DNA from: Omnitrophica WOR_2 bacterium RIFOXYA2_FULL_38_17
GTDB taxonomy: Bacteria; Omnitrophota; Gorgyraeia; Zapsychrales; Zapsychraceae
Length of the DNA stretch: 64,000 nt
Assembly: GCA_001805965.1 (NCBI GenBank)
Contig: MHHG01000057.1
Location: 85,975 to 149,974, forward strand
Direction: 5' to 3'
The notes beneath the pieces were generated by a model. It was not told the DNA's origin, ran no database searches, and saw only the letters and a program-made list of their open reading frames with translations. Of this stretch, positions 29,757 through 38,299 are shown piece after piece (position 1 is the first letter of the stretch; each line of letters opens with the position of its first letter). A program made the translations under genes and the position numbers.

Positions 29757-30831
29757 ATACTTTTAATGTACGTTCGATCATTCTTACTGATGAATAATTT
29801 AACAATGCATATTCCCTAGCAGCTTTACCTAGATTTTGGGCAAGCTGTGCATCTTCAACCAGCCTTATAATCGCATCAGCTAAAGCCTCAACGTTTTCAG
29901 GTTCGACCAATAAGCCGGTTTTGTTATCCTCTATCAAAGATGGTATTCCTCCTATCCTGGATCCAATAACAGCCAATCCGCAGGCCTGGGCCTCCATAAC
30001 AGACAATCCCAACCCTTCCATACGCGATGGCGCGACAAAAACATCAAGAGCGCTCATACACTCAGATGGCCTGCTTAGAGTAGGATTAAAGACGACACTA
30101 TCTTGTATCAACAGCTTCTTAACTTTTTCTTTTAGCAAACCCTCAAGCTTACCCTGTCCAAAAAGAACTAATCTTACATTCGGATTTTTTTTTAGAACAT
30201 ATGGCATAGCCTCAACAAGTATATCCTGCCCCTTAACATCAGATAAACGTGCAACCATTCCAACCAAAATCCCTTCTTTCAGCCCAAACCCTTTTTTTCT
30301 TTCCATCTTAGTAGCTTGATCGACAACTTTAAACTTATCAAGATCAATACCACTCGTCACTAAAATAACTTTATCTTTTATTACTTTAAGATCATCAACT
30401 AAATGAGCAACTACTGCGTCGCTAATTGCCACTACAGAATCTCCCCAGCACGGGAAGAGCTTTCTTGAAATCCTTGGCTTAAAATACCCGTGGCAAGTTG
30501 AAACATAAGGCTTTTTTGTTATCTTCTCAAGCAAATAACCCATGACCTGCGTCACTCTTGTCTGCGCATGAATGATTTCTATTCCATTTTCCTTAATATA
30601 ATCTGCTATCTTTCTTAAATTAAAATAAATCCTGGGGCTAAGCTCTGATTTTGTGCGTATATCAACATTAAATAATAGTGCACCAACATCTCTGAAAGAA
30701 TCTTCCGCATCACCTCCGCATGAAACAATATGAACTTGATGGCCTCTTTCAACAAAGCCCTTTGTCAAAGTATGCAAATATGCTGTAATGCCTCCGGTGT
30801 TAAGATGTGTTGTTATAAATAATATTTTCAT
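29734..30831 (-). CDS. GT4 glycosyltransferase
   Basis: GG.TAY, IIHAQ, VAISDAV, ARLS.VKG, PSRMEGLGLSVMEA. Confidence 0.92.
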   Translation of the reverse strand: MKILFITTHLNTGGITAYLHTLTKGFVERGHQVHIVSCGGDAEDSFRDVGALLFNVDIRTKSELSPRIYFNLRKIADYIKENGIEIIHAQTRVTQVMGYLLEKITKKPYVSTCHGYFKPRISRKLFPCWGDSVVAISDAVVAHLVDDLKVIKDKVILVTSGIDLDKFKVVDQATKMERKKGFGLKEGILVGMVARLSDVKGQDILVEAMPYVLKKNPNVRLVLFGQGKLEGLLKEKVKKLLIQDSVVFNPTLSRPSECMSALDVFVAPSRMEGLGLSVMEAQACGLAVIGSRIGGIPSLIEDNKTGLLVEPENVEALADAIIRLVEDAQLAQNLGKAAREYALLNYSSVRMIERTLKVYEKNISG

Positions 30832-30843
30832 TGATTTTTTTGC

Positions 30844-32937
30844 CTAGCTCATTAGATATTTAATCTCTTTCATGACTTCTTCCGGAGAGATATCATCAAT
30901 ACATGCATGCGACAAAATCTTACAATAACCTGAATAACACGGGGCACAATTCAGCTTTTTATCCAGGACAACATACTTCTTTGCCGGCGGAAGATGCCTT
31001 TCAGCATCGGTCGGCCCAAAAAACGCGATAAAAGGTGTACCAACTGCTGCTGCAACATGCATCGGAGCTGAATCAGGCGTAACAAAAACCTTACATTGTT
31101 TTATCAATGCTGCCAGTTGCATGATATCCGTCTTTCCCACAAAAATTGCGGGCTTTGATTTTGTCAATGACAACAATTTCTGAGCCAATTCCCTATCATG
31201 ATCCATGCCTGTAATGATCACCCGTATATTACTGGCCGTAAGAAGATCGCACAATTTTGCGATATAATCGATAGGCCAATTTTTTGTCTGCCATTTTGCG
31301 GATGCAGCAATATTAATACCTACGATATTCGTTGCGTTGCCCATCCATTCTGAATCAAAAAGTTGCCTCGCATGCTGTTTATCCTTTGCAGATAACCACA
31401 GTTCAAGATATGAATTCTCGTTATAATTAATATCAAGCTTGCTTAAGATCTGAAACTGCTGCTTTATTGCCGGGACTTCTTTTATATAGTTCTTTACAGG
31501 ATGAGATAAAAGAAACCCGTATTTCCCATTATTAAATCCATAACTTTCATTAGGAAAACTTAAGAAGCTCAATAAGTGACTAGTTCCATTATTTTGAAAA
31601 TCAATAATCTTATCGAATCTATACTTCCGTAACTTGCTAGCCAATTTTAAGAATTTAAGCGGCCCTCTGTCTTTATGCTTTTTGTCATAAACTATTAATC
31701 CATCCAAATACGGGCAATTATGAAGAATCTTGCGTGCCTCATTGCCAACCAAACAATGTATCCTTGCTTTGGGAAATTTCTTCCTTAGAGCTTTTAACGA
31801 CGGCGTAACCATAACAACATCACCAACTGAGCTCATTTTGATAACCAGAATATTCATCGACCTTAACAGCTCTTCATAAACTTCAATGGTCTTAGTTGCC
31901 ATCTGGTCAAGAGTATACTTTTCCTGCAGCTTTTTTTTTGCTTCGACAGAAAATCTTGCAGCAAGAGTTTTATCATTAAGCAATCTCAAAACAGCTTTTG
32001 CCATGGACTCTGTATCCTTAGGCATGACAAGCAATCCTGTTTTGTCATCATCAATGATATCAACAACTCCACCGACTTTTGTGGCAACAACCGGGACACC
32101 TACCGCTTGCGCTTCGATTATTACCCTTCCAAAAGACTCTTGAGTGATCGTTGCAAGGACAAGAACATCAACCTTTGATAGAAGCTCAGGCACATCACTT
32201 CTATTCCCCAAAAACTCAACATTATCCTTTATGCCAAGCCTTTTGACCAGAACCTCTAATTCTCTTTTGTATGATTCTTTTTTAGCCGGGACATCCCCGA
32301 TAATCTGTATCTTTAAATAAGGGTTTGAACGCACAACCGTAGCCATCGCCTTTAAGAAATAAATGTGACCTTTCAGAGGGGTTATCCTTCCGACTATAGC
32401 AACAACTTTATCCGGACTCCCCTTCGCAAATTCTTTTTGCACTTTGAATTTATCAAGGTCAACACTTCTGGGAATGCACCTTATACTTCTCGACTGTACC
32501 TTATAATCATCTATCATATGCCGCCCAATTACCTCACTTGGCACAATAATCAATTTTGCCCAACCCATAACCTGGCTGAAAAATCGGTTCTTATAATAAC
32601 CATGGCAAGTAGTGATAAAAGAGGCGTTTGTTTTGCGCGTAGCAAAATAGGCTATCCACGCCGGAACTCTCGAACGCGCATGAACAATATCAATCTTTTC
32701 TTTGCGGATTATTTTCCGAAGAGACTTGATGGAATTATAAATTGTTAACAGGGATTTTTTATGAACAGGCAATACATAGTGCTTGGCACCTGCTGATTCG
32801 AGCTGTTTTACCAGTTCGCCTCCGTTAGAAACAACTACTGAATAGTGACCCTTCTCAACTAAATATTTTGCAAGGTCTACAGTACCAGTTTCAACTCCCC
32901 CAACATTCAACTCTGGAAGTATTTGCAATATTTTCAT
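30844..32937 (-). CDS. Fused GT4 plus GT9 glycosyltransferase
   Basis: N-half GGVETG, HARSRVPAW, ESFGRVIIEA (GT4). C-half starts MNILVIKMSSVGDV and has KNWP, DSAPMHVAAA, FGPT (GT9). One uninterrupted 697-aa ORF. Confidence 0.9.
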   Translation of the reverse strand: MKILQILPELNVGGVETGTVDLAKYLVEKGHYSVVVSNGGELVKQLESAGAKHYVLPVHKKSLLTIYNSIKSLRKIIRKEKIDIVHARSRVPAWIAYFATRKTNASFITTCHGYYKNRFFSQVMGWAKLIIVPSEVIGRHMIDDYKVQSRSIRCIPRSVDLDKFKVQKEFAKGSPDKVVAIVGRITPLKGHIYFLKAMATVVRSNPYLKIQIIGDVPAKKESYKRELEVLVKRLGIKDNVEFLGNRSDVPELLSKVDVLVLATITQESFGRVIIEAQAVGVPVVATKVGGVVDIIDDDKTGLLVMPKDTESMAKAVLRLLNDKTLAARFSVEAKKKLQEKYTLDQMATKTIEVYEELLRSMNILVIKMSSVGDVVMVTPSLKALRKKFPKARIHCLVGNEARKILHNCPYLDGLIVYDKKHKDRGPLKFLKLASKLRKYRFDKIIDFQNNGTSHLLSFLSFPNESYGFNNGKYGFLLSHPVKNYIKEVPAIKQQFQILSKLDINYNENSYLELWLSAKDKQHARQLFDSEWMGNATNIVGINIAASAKWQTKNWPIDYIAKLCDLLTASNIRVIITGMDHDRELAQKLLSLTKSKPAIFVGKTDIMQLAALIKQCKVFVTPDSAPMHVAAAVGTPFIAFFGPTDAERHLPPAKKYVVLDKKLNCAPCYSGYCKILSHACIDDISPEEVMKEIKYLMS

Positions 32938-33011
32938 TTATAGAACTCAACATTATTAAAACGAATAATTTTTTTAGTTAAGCAATCTTGGACATAAGAT
33001 CATTTTGCCAC

Positions 33012-35015
33012 CTAAACAATTTCTCTTACAGCTTCAAGAATGATCTTATTATCGTTAATTGCTCTTGTTTGAAGCTTGTTCTTTGCAACTCCAAGAATCG
33101 AGTTACCAATATTTTTAACATCCGTTGACAATATATAGCCCTGCTCATTAAGGATTTCGACGATCAATTTGTGTTTATTGTATATCTTTAGGAATTTTGC
33201 CCTTGTTTCAGGCAAGAATACAATAGTCTTCTTTCCTGATGAGGCTGCCTCGCTAATCATTGAAATGCTGTCCCCGGAAACAACAACAATATCAGATAAT
33301 CCCAGAATGCCACCCACAGCCTCAGGAACATTATCCTGGTTCGCTATTATTAATAAAGGACAGACAATATTTTTCTTAAGTTCCCTGTACAGCATTTGTT
33401 CTATTCTGGAAGGAGTTCTTCTTGACGTAGTAACCAAAAGTGAGGCTTTTAGGTCCTTTGCGACATTTTTAATCTGGTTTATAAGTACTCTTATCTGGTT
33501 CTCGCTAATAAAAACATTGTTTGAATCACCACCCACGAACAAACCGATCTTTACACGCACATTTTCTTTCAGATGAGAGTATCTTTTTTCTAGGAGCGCA
33601 GATTGCTCAGCAAGATATTCTTTTGTAATTAAGTTGGGAGCCGCTTTTGTAATAGCCATTCTTGCTTTTAGATCTTTCTTCTCGGGCTCATCATGCTGTG
33701 GCAAAACAACCAGATCAAAACGGTTAAATCTTAAAAGGCCTGGTTTTAGGACTACAATGCTCTTTGCATTATGGTCCTTAGATACTAAACTATTTAACCC
33801 TGCGATAGAAGATCCACAAGAAATAAAAAAGTCTGCTTTCACTGACATGATCTCATCAAAAGATTCTTGCGTAAGGAACCAATTTAAAAAGTCCAATCTG
33901 CCCTGGTAAATAAACGAATGCAAGAAAACCGTCAGCAGGGAAAACAGCCTGGCCGGGTATTTGCCCTTAAAATTTACACTGATTATCTGAGAGGTGGCTT
34001 CAACATCCCTTTCAGCAAGAGCTTTCTGCACCATCTTGGCTACGGTTTCCGACTGCCTTAAATGGCCTGTTTTTCCGTCGAATAAAATTGCGATATTTGT
34101 CTTATTAGAATACTTCCAGATCTTGTAGAACCACATATATTCACTGGGATACTTGCATATAAATCCTTCCATCTTCTTTGTGACTTTACTCAAACTCTCA
34201 AAGACATCCTTTTCAGTATCACCCGTATCAACAAGATCAAGGGGTTTATCAATGATCATTTTGTGATACGCACCTTTTTGCCTGATAACAACTGCAAAGC
34301 ATATTGGGACACCCAGCTTCAGACCTAAACGAATTGCACCAACGGACATTGAAGCAGGCCTACCAAAAAATGGAACCAGCATACCATCACGGCCGCCTTG
34401 ATCTACGACCATCCCGACAACTTCATTTTTCTTTATGCTCTTAACAAAATCTCTTGTCCCAGCTCCCCGGGATAAAACAACTGAGCCGCCACATGATCTA
34501 TACGTGTTAAGAAGATCGTCGAGTTTTGAATACTTGGGCTGAGGCTTCACCATGACCTTATAAGGGAATTGAAGCATTGCACATGAAAGGCTCGCCATCT
34601 CCCAGCTGCCAAAATGCATTGCCAGCAATATCAGCCCTTTTCCTTCTTTAAGAGAATTTTCAATATTCTCTTTTCCCTCAACCGAGACATATTTTTCAAA
34701 CCTCTTGCTATTCATCAAAGGCATCCTAAACAATTCAATAAAATTCTGACCATAGTTCAAAAATAGCTCTTTCGTTATATTCCTTATCTCATAAGGAGAT
34801 TTGCTATCTGCAAAGGCCATCTTTAGGTTCGCATATGCCTGTCCCTTGTGCTTTGCATCAAAGTAATATGCAACTATCCCGATAAACTTGCCTATTAATA
34901 AACTTAGCCACAACGGCAAGATCCTCACAATAAACCCGAATATCTTAAGACTGTAATAAATTATCGATTCTTTCAAAAATCTTTTCCTTTCCTTCGATGA
35001 ATTGAAGGCCAACAT
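33012..35015 (-). CDS. Lipid A late acyltransferase (LpxL/HtrB-like) fused to an ELM1/GtrOC1-like putative glycosyltransferase domain
   Basis: N-half HFGSWE, VDQ, VPFFG, P.EYMWF (LPLAT). C-half DGKTGH..QS, ISCG, FDLVVLPQHD, VGG, VTTSRRTP, VSGDSISMISEA (ELM1-type motifs). A TTG at 34976 after SD AAGGA is an alternative start. Confidence 0.85.
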   Translation of the reverse strand: MLAFNSSKERKRFLKESIIYYSLKIFGFIVRILPLWLSLLIGKFIGIVAYYFDAKHKGQAYANLKMAFADSKSPYEIRNITKELFLNYGQNFIELFRMPLMNSKRFEKYVSVEGKENIENSLKEGKGLILLAMHFGSWEMASLSCAMLQFPYKVMVKPQPKYSKLDDLLNTYRSCGGSVVLSRGAGTRDFVKSIKKNEVVGMVVDQGGRDGMLVPFFGRPASMSVGAIRLGLKLGVPICFAVVIRQKGAYHKMIIDKPLDLVDTGDTEKDVFESLSKVTKKMEGFICKYPSEYMWFYKIWKYSNKTNIAILFDGKTGHLRQSETVAKMVQKALAERDVEATSQIISVNFKGKYPARLFSLLTVFLHSFIYQGRLDFLNWFLTQESFDEIMSVKADFFISCGSSIAGLNSLVSKDHNAKSIVVLKPGLLRFNRFDLVVLPQHDEPEKKDLKARMAITKAAPNLITKEYLAEQSALLEKRYSHLKENVRVKIGLFVGGDSNNVFISENQIRVLINQIKNVAKDLKASLLVTTSRRTPSRIEQMLYRELKKNIVCPLLIIANQDNVPEAVGGILGLSDIVVVSGDSISMISEAASSGKKTIVFLPETRAKFLKIYNKHKLIVEILNEQGYILSTDVKNIGNSILGVAKNKLQTRAINDNKIILEAVREIV

Positions 35016-36018
35016 CTAAAGATAACACTGTTAGGCTTTCATCAAACAGATCCAACATCCCTTCAATTTTCACCGCATCTTTTTGTGTTGTAACTATTAT
35101 ATTGGTTCTTGAGCAGCTGTCCTGATCCTGAATTCTGGCAATATCCCTTTTGTCATACACATGATGATCAATAAAATTATCGCTTTTAATAATATTGGCC
35201 CCTAAAATCTCAAGGATCTCAACAAAGGATCTCGGATCTCCTATTCCACAGAAAGTAATAATTCTCTTTTCATTAATAGAGACAGTTTCTTTTTTTTGGC
35301 CTGTTCTAAGGTCAGTAAATCCTACCGGAGAATGTATAGCTTTTACTATATCAGCCTTAGGATTAATTCCTGCAAGTTTATCAATAATGCCATTTACATT
35401 CTTTGCGCCCAAGTCTGCCTTTGTGATAACGAACATATCCGCTCTTTTTAAAGAGCCTAACTTCTCCCGGAGAAATCCTCTGGGAATCAAAAATCCATTT
35501 CCCCATGGGTTCATAGCATCAATGCATACAATATTTAAATCTCTGTGCAACCGCCATCTTTGAAATCCGTCATCAAGGATAAAAACATCTGCATCATCAG
35601 TTTTCAAATATCTTTTGGCATTCTCAAACCTGTTTGCCCCGACAAGGACAGGGACATCTTCCAGTGCTCTTTCAAGCATTCTAGCTTCATCTTTAGCTTG
35701 TGATTCGTCATTTGAAATACTGTCTTTATATCCTCGGTTTAAAATAACAGGCTTTTTTTTATTTGCTCTCAGTTCTCTTGCAATAACCTCAACCAAAGGG
35801 GTTTTACCGACGCCACCTAAAGTAATATTGCCGACACTAATGACTTTCCTATTTAAGCGATTAACTTTTAAAATGCCTTTTTCATAAAAAGCACAGACCG
35901 TGCTTGCCAAAAATCCATATACGATCGAGACCACCCATAAGAAACATTTCAATATCCGGACGAAGAAGCCATCAACCTTGTCCGTAATAACTAATAAAAA
36001 ATATTCTTTAATGCTCAC
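34945..36018 (-). CDS. lpxK: Tetraacyldisaccharide 4'-kinase
   Basis: ISVGNITLGGVGKTP, RGY, ILDDGFQ, IPRG.LRE, DHH.Y, TT.KDAVK. Confidence 0.95.
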   Translation of the reverse strand: MSIKEYFLLVITDKVDGFFVRILKCFLWVVSIVYGFLASTVCAFYEKGILKVNRLNRKVISVGNITLGGVGKTPLVEVIARELRANKKKPVILNRGYKDSISNDESQAKDEARMLERALEDVPVLVGANRFENAKRYLKTDDADVFILDDGFQRWRLHRDLNIVCIDAMNPWGNGFLIPRGFLREKLGSLKRADMFVITKADLGAKNVNGIIDKLAGINPKADIVKAIHSPVGFTDLRTGQKKETVSINEKRIITFCGIGDPRSFVEILEILGANIIKSDNFIDHHVYDKRDIARIQDQDSCSRTNIIVTTQKDAVKIEGMLDLFDESLTVLSLDVGLQFIEGKEKIFERIDNLLQS

Positions 36019-37304
36019 TTTAGCTCCACCATATTTGATCCTATCAAAATATCTCTTATGAATTTAAAAGTCCTATCTGTTGCACCTTGTGATTTTTTTA
36101 CAGCTTTTTGCGCCCTTAAACCAATTTCATATGATTTCTGGTCATCCTTTAGCAGCTCTTTCATCACTTCAAACATTTCATTTTTATCATTCACCTGCAG
36201 CAGTGCTTTTTCACTCAATAAAAACCTGACCGCATCCTTAAAATTTTCAGTCCTGGGCCCAATAATTGTAGGCTTACCATAACCTGCCGGCTCTATCATA
36301 TTCTGGCCTCCGCCAACAGCAAAAGATTTGCCAACAAAGACTATCTTTGATAACACATAAAACTTGCGCAAGTATCCGATCTTGTCAACGACAAGGACTT
36401 TATCTTTTTCTTTTGCCATGTCAAAATTATTCGAGAACAATACAGCTTTCAATCCATTATTTTCAATGACTCTAACAACCTCTTCTGAACGTTCAATATG
36501 TCTTGGCACTATTACCAGCCGTAAATCCTTAAACTCGCGTAAAAGTTTCTTATAAACGTCCACAATCAATTCTTCTTCTGTTGGATGAGTGCTTCCAGCA
36601 ACAAGCAATTTATCTTCTTTTTTATACCCACACAAGCAAGAAACATCTTCAATATTACCATCAAAGCCATCAAATTTTAAATTACCAACCATATGCACTT
36701 TATCCTTTCCAGCACCTAAAGAGATAATTCTAGAACAGTCCATTTCACTCTGCATACAGAAAACTTTAACACAAGAAAGCACATTCCTTGTCAAAAAATT
36801 CATTCTCTTATATCCCCTTAAAGCCTTGTCAGATATCCTGCCATTAACCTGAACGATAGGAACACCTGAATCAGAAAGGCCCGTATAAAGATTAGGCCAA
36901 AGTTCGGTTTCAGCTGCAATATATAATTTTGGCCTAATTTGAGAGATGTATTTCTTGACGATTAAACTGAAATCTAATGGAGCATAAATAACTTCAATAT
37001 CTTTTCCCAGCTTCTCTTTTGCCAGGTCATTGCCAGTTTTGGTAACCGTTGAGAATATTATCTTATAATCTTTAAAATTTATCTTTATTCTTGCGACAAG
37101 TTCTAAAACCGTTAATACTTCCCCTACACTGACTGCATGAATCCATATACATTTACGCTTATCATTCCTCAGCGAACCTTTAAGCTCTTTGGGAAAAACC
37201 CCAAACCTCATCCAAAACCCACAATGCCATTTGCGTTTTAAAAGAAGATACGGAAAATAAATAAGGGCGAATATAAGAAAAATTATGTCATAAATAATTA
37301 TCAT
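36015..37304 (-). CDS. waaA: Kdo transferase
   Basis: WIHAVSVGE, APLD, ETELWPN, NGRISD, GNLKFD, AGSTH, VPRHIER, GGQN.IEPA. Confidence 0.96.
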   Translation of the reverse strand: MIIIYDIIFLIFALIYFPYLLLKRKWHCGFWMRFGVFPKELKGSLRNDKRKCIWIHAVSVGEVLTVLELVARIKINFKDYKIIFSTVTKTGNDLAKEKLGKDIEVIYAPLDFSLIVKKYISQIRPKLYIAAETELWPNLYTGLSDSGVPIVQVNGRISDKALRGYKRMNFLTRNVLSCVKVFCMQSEMDCSRIISLGAGKDKVHMVGNLKFDGFDGNIEDVSCLCGYKKEDKLLVAGSTHPTEEELIVDVYKKLLREFKDLRLVIVPRHIERSEEVVRVIENNGLKAVLFSNNFDMAKEKDKVLVVDKIGYLRKFYVLSKIVFVGKSFAVGGGQNMIEPAGYGKPTIIGPRTENFKDAVRFLLSEKALLQVNDKNEMFEVMKELLKDDQKSYEIGLRAQKAVKKSQGATDRTFKFIRDILIGSNMVELK

Positions 37305-37310
37305 TAAAGA

Positions 37311-38171
37311 TCATGCTCTTGGATGTGATTTATCATAAATTTTTTTTAATCTATCAGTTGTCACATGTGTATATATCTGGGTTGTCGAAAGGTTCACATG
37401 GCCTAGCAACTCCTGAACAGAACGAAGGTCTGCTCCCCTGTCCAGCAAATGAGTTGCAAAAGAATGCCTGAGCGTATGAGGAGATATATTCTTTGTCGCG
37501 CTTACATTTAAAATATGCTTGTTCACAATATTCCTAACACTTCTATCTGTTAAACGTCCACCGTTCTTATTTAAGAACAAGGCTCTAGATTGATGTTTTC
37601 GGCTATCTATATAATCTTTAATGACAAGCAACGCAGTATTACCGATCGGGACTAATCTTTCCTTCTTACCTTTGCCCAACACCTTAGCAATATTGCCTAT
37701 CATGTCAACGCTATCAACATCCAATCCGACCAATTCACTAACCCTTATCCCGGTTGAGTACAAAGTTTCTAATATAGCTTTATCTCTCTTGCCAAATATA
37801 TTGTCCGAAGAAGGGGTCTCAACAAATTTTACCGCTTCCTCCTCAGATAAGAACTTCGGCAAAACTTTATCCAATTTAGGTGACATTAAAAGAGTGGCGG
37901 GATTATTCTTTATCAAGCCTTCCCTATGCAGGAATTTAAAGAAACTCCTGATAGCTGATAATTTTCTTGAAATAGTTCTTGGCCTGAAATTTTTTGTTCT
38001 AAGCTGCGCTAAAAACCTTCTCAATGCGATATAATCAATTTTCTCAAGAGGCGACTTGCCCTGAAACTCAATAAAATCCTCTAGATCCAATCTATAATTC
38101 AAGATAGTATGATCAGAATAGTTTTTTTCTATTTCTAAATAGGAAAGGAATTTATCTAAGTATCTGTTCAT
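37311..38171 (-). CDS. xerC: Chromosomal tyrosine recombinase XerC
   Basis: LYSTGIRVSEL, GKGKKER.VP, HTLRHSFATH, LLGH..LSTTQIYTH; canonical dprA-topA-xerC context. Confidence 0.9.
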   Translation of the reverse strand: MNRYLDKFLSYLEIEKNYSDHTILNYRLDLEDFIEFQGKSPLEKIDYIALRRFLAQLRTKNFRPRTISRKLSAIRSFFKFLHREGLIKNNPATLLMSPKLDKVLPKFLSEEEAVKFVETPSSDNIFGKRDKAILETLYSTGIRVSELVGLDVDSVDMIGNIAKVLGKGKKERLVPIGNTALLVIKDYIDSRKHQSRALFLNKNGGRLTDRSVRNIVNKHILNVSATKNISPHTLRHSFATHLLDRGADLRSVQELLGHVNLSTTQIYTHVTTDRLKKIYDKSHPRA

Positions 38172-38211
38172 TTCTAAAAAACAAAAGTTATTAAAAACGA
38201 TCTATGAAGGG

Positions 38212-38241
38212 TTTAATATTAATATTAACATTAATATTAAA
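38212..38241. repeat. Palindromic (TTAATA)n-like repeat upstream of xerC
   Basis: tttaatattaat-attaac-attaatattaaa: perfect 12-bp inverted arms around a 6-bp spacer. Confidence 0.6.
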
Positions 38242-38299
38242 TATATCTAGAATTATTCTAACACTTAGAAATTGCCCTACATACAAAAATTATATAATA

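Noticed and set aside
37311-38171. Tyrosine recombinase as the integrase of a mobile element
   Set aside because: XerC-sized, in the canonical dprA-topA-xerC context, with no arm-binding domain, att duplication or cargo.
38212-38241. Chromosomal dif site
   Set aside because: Spacer is wrong when aligned to the XerD arm, the sequence is a low-complexity hexamer repeat, and gene orientation does not switch here.
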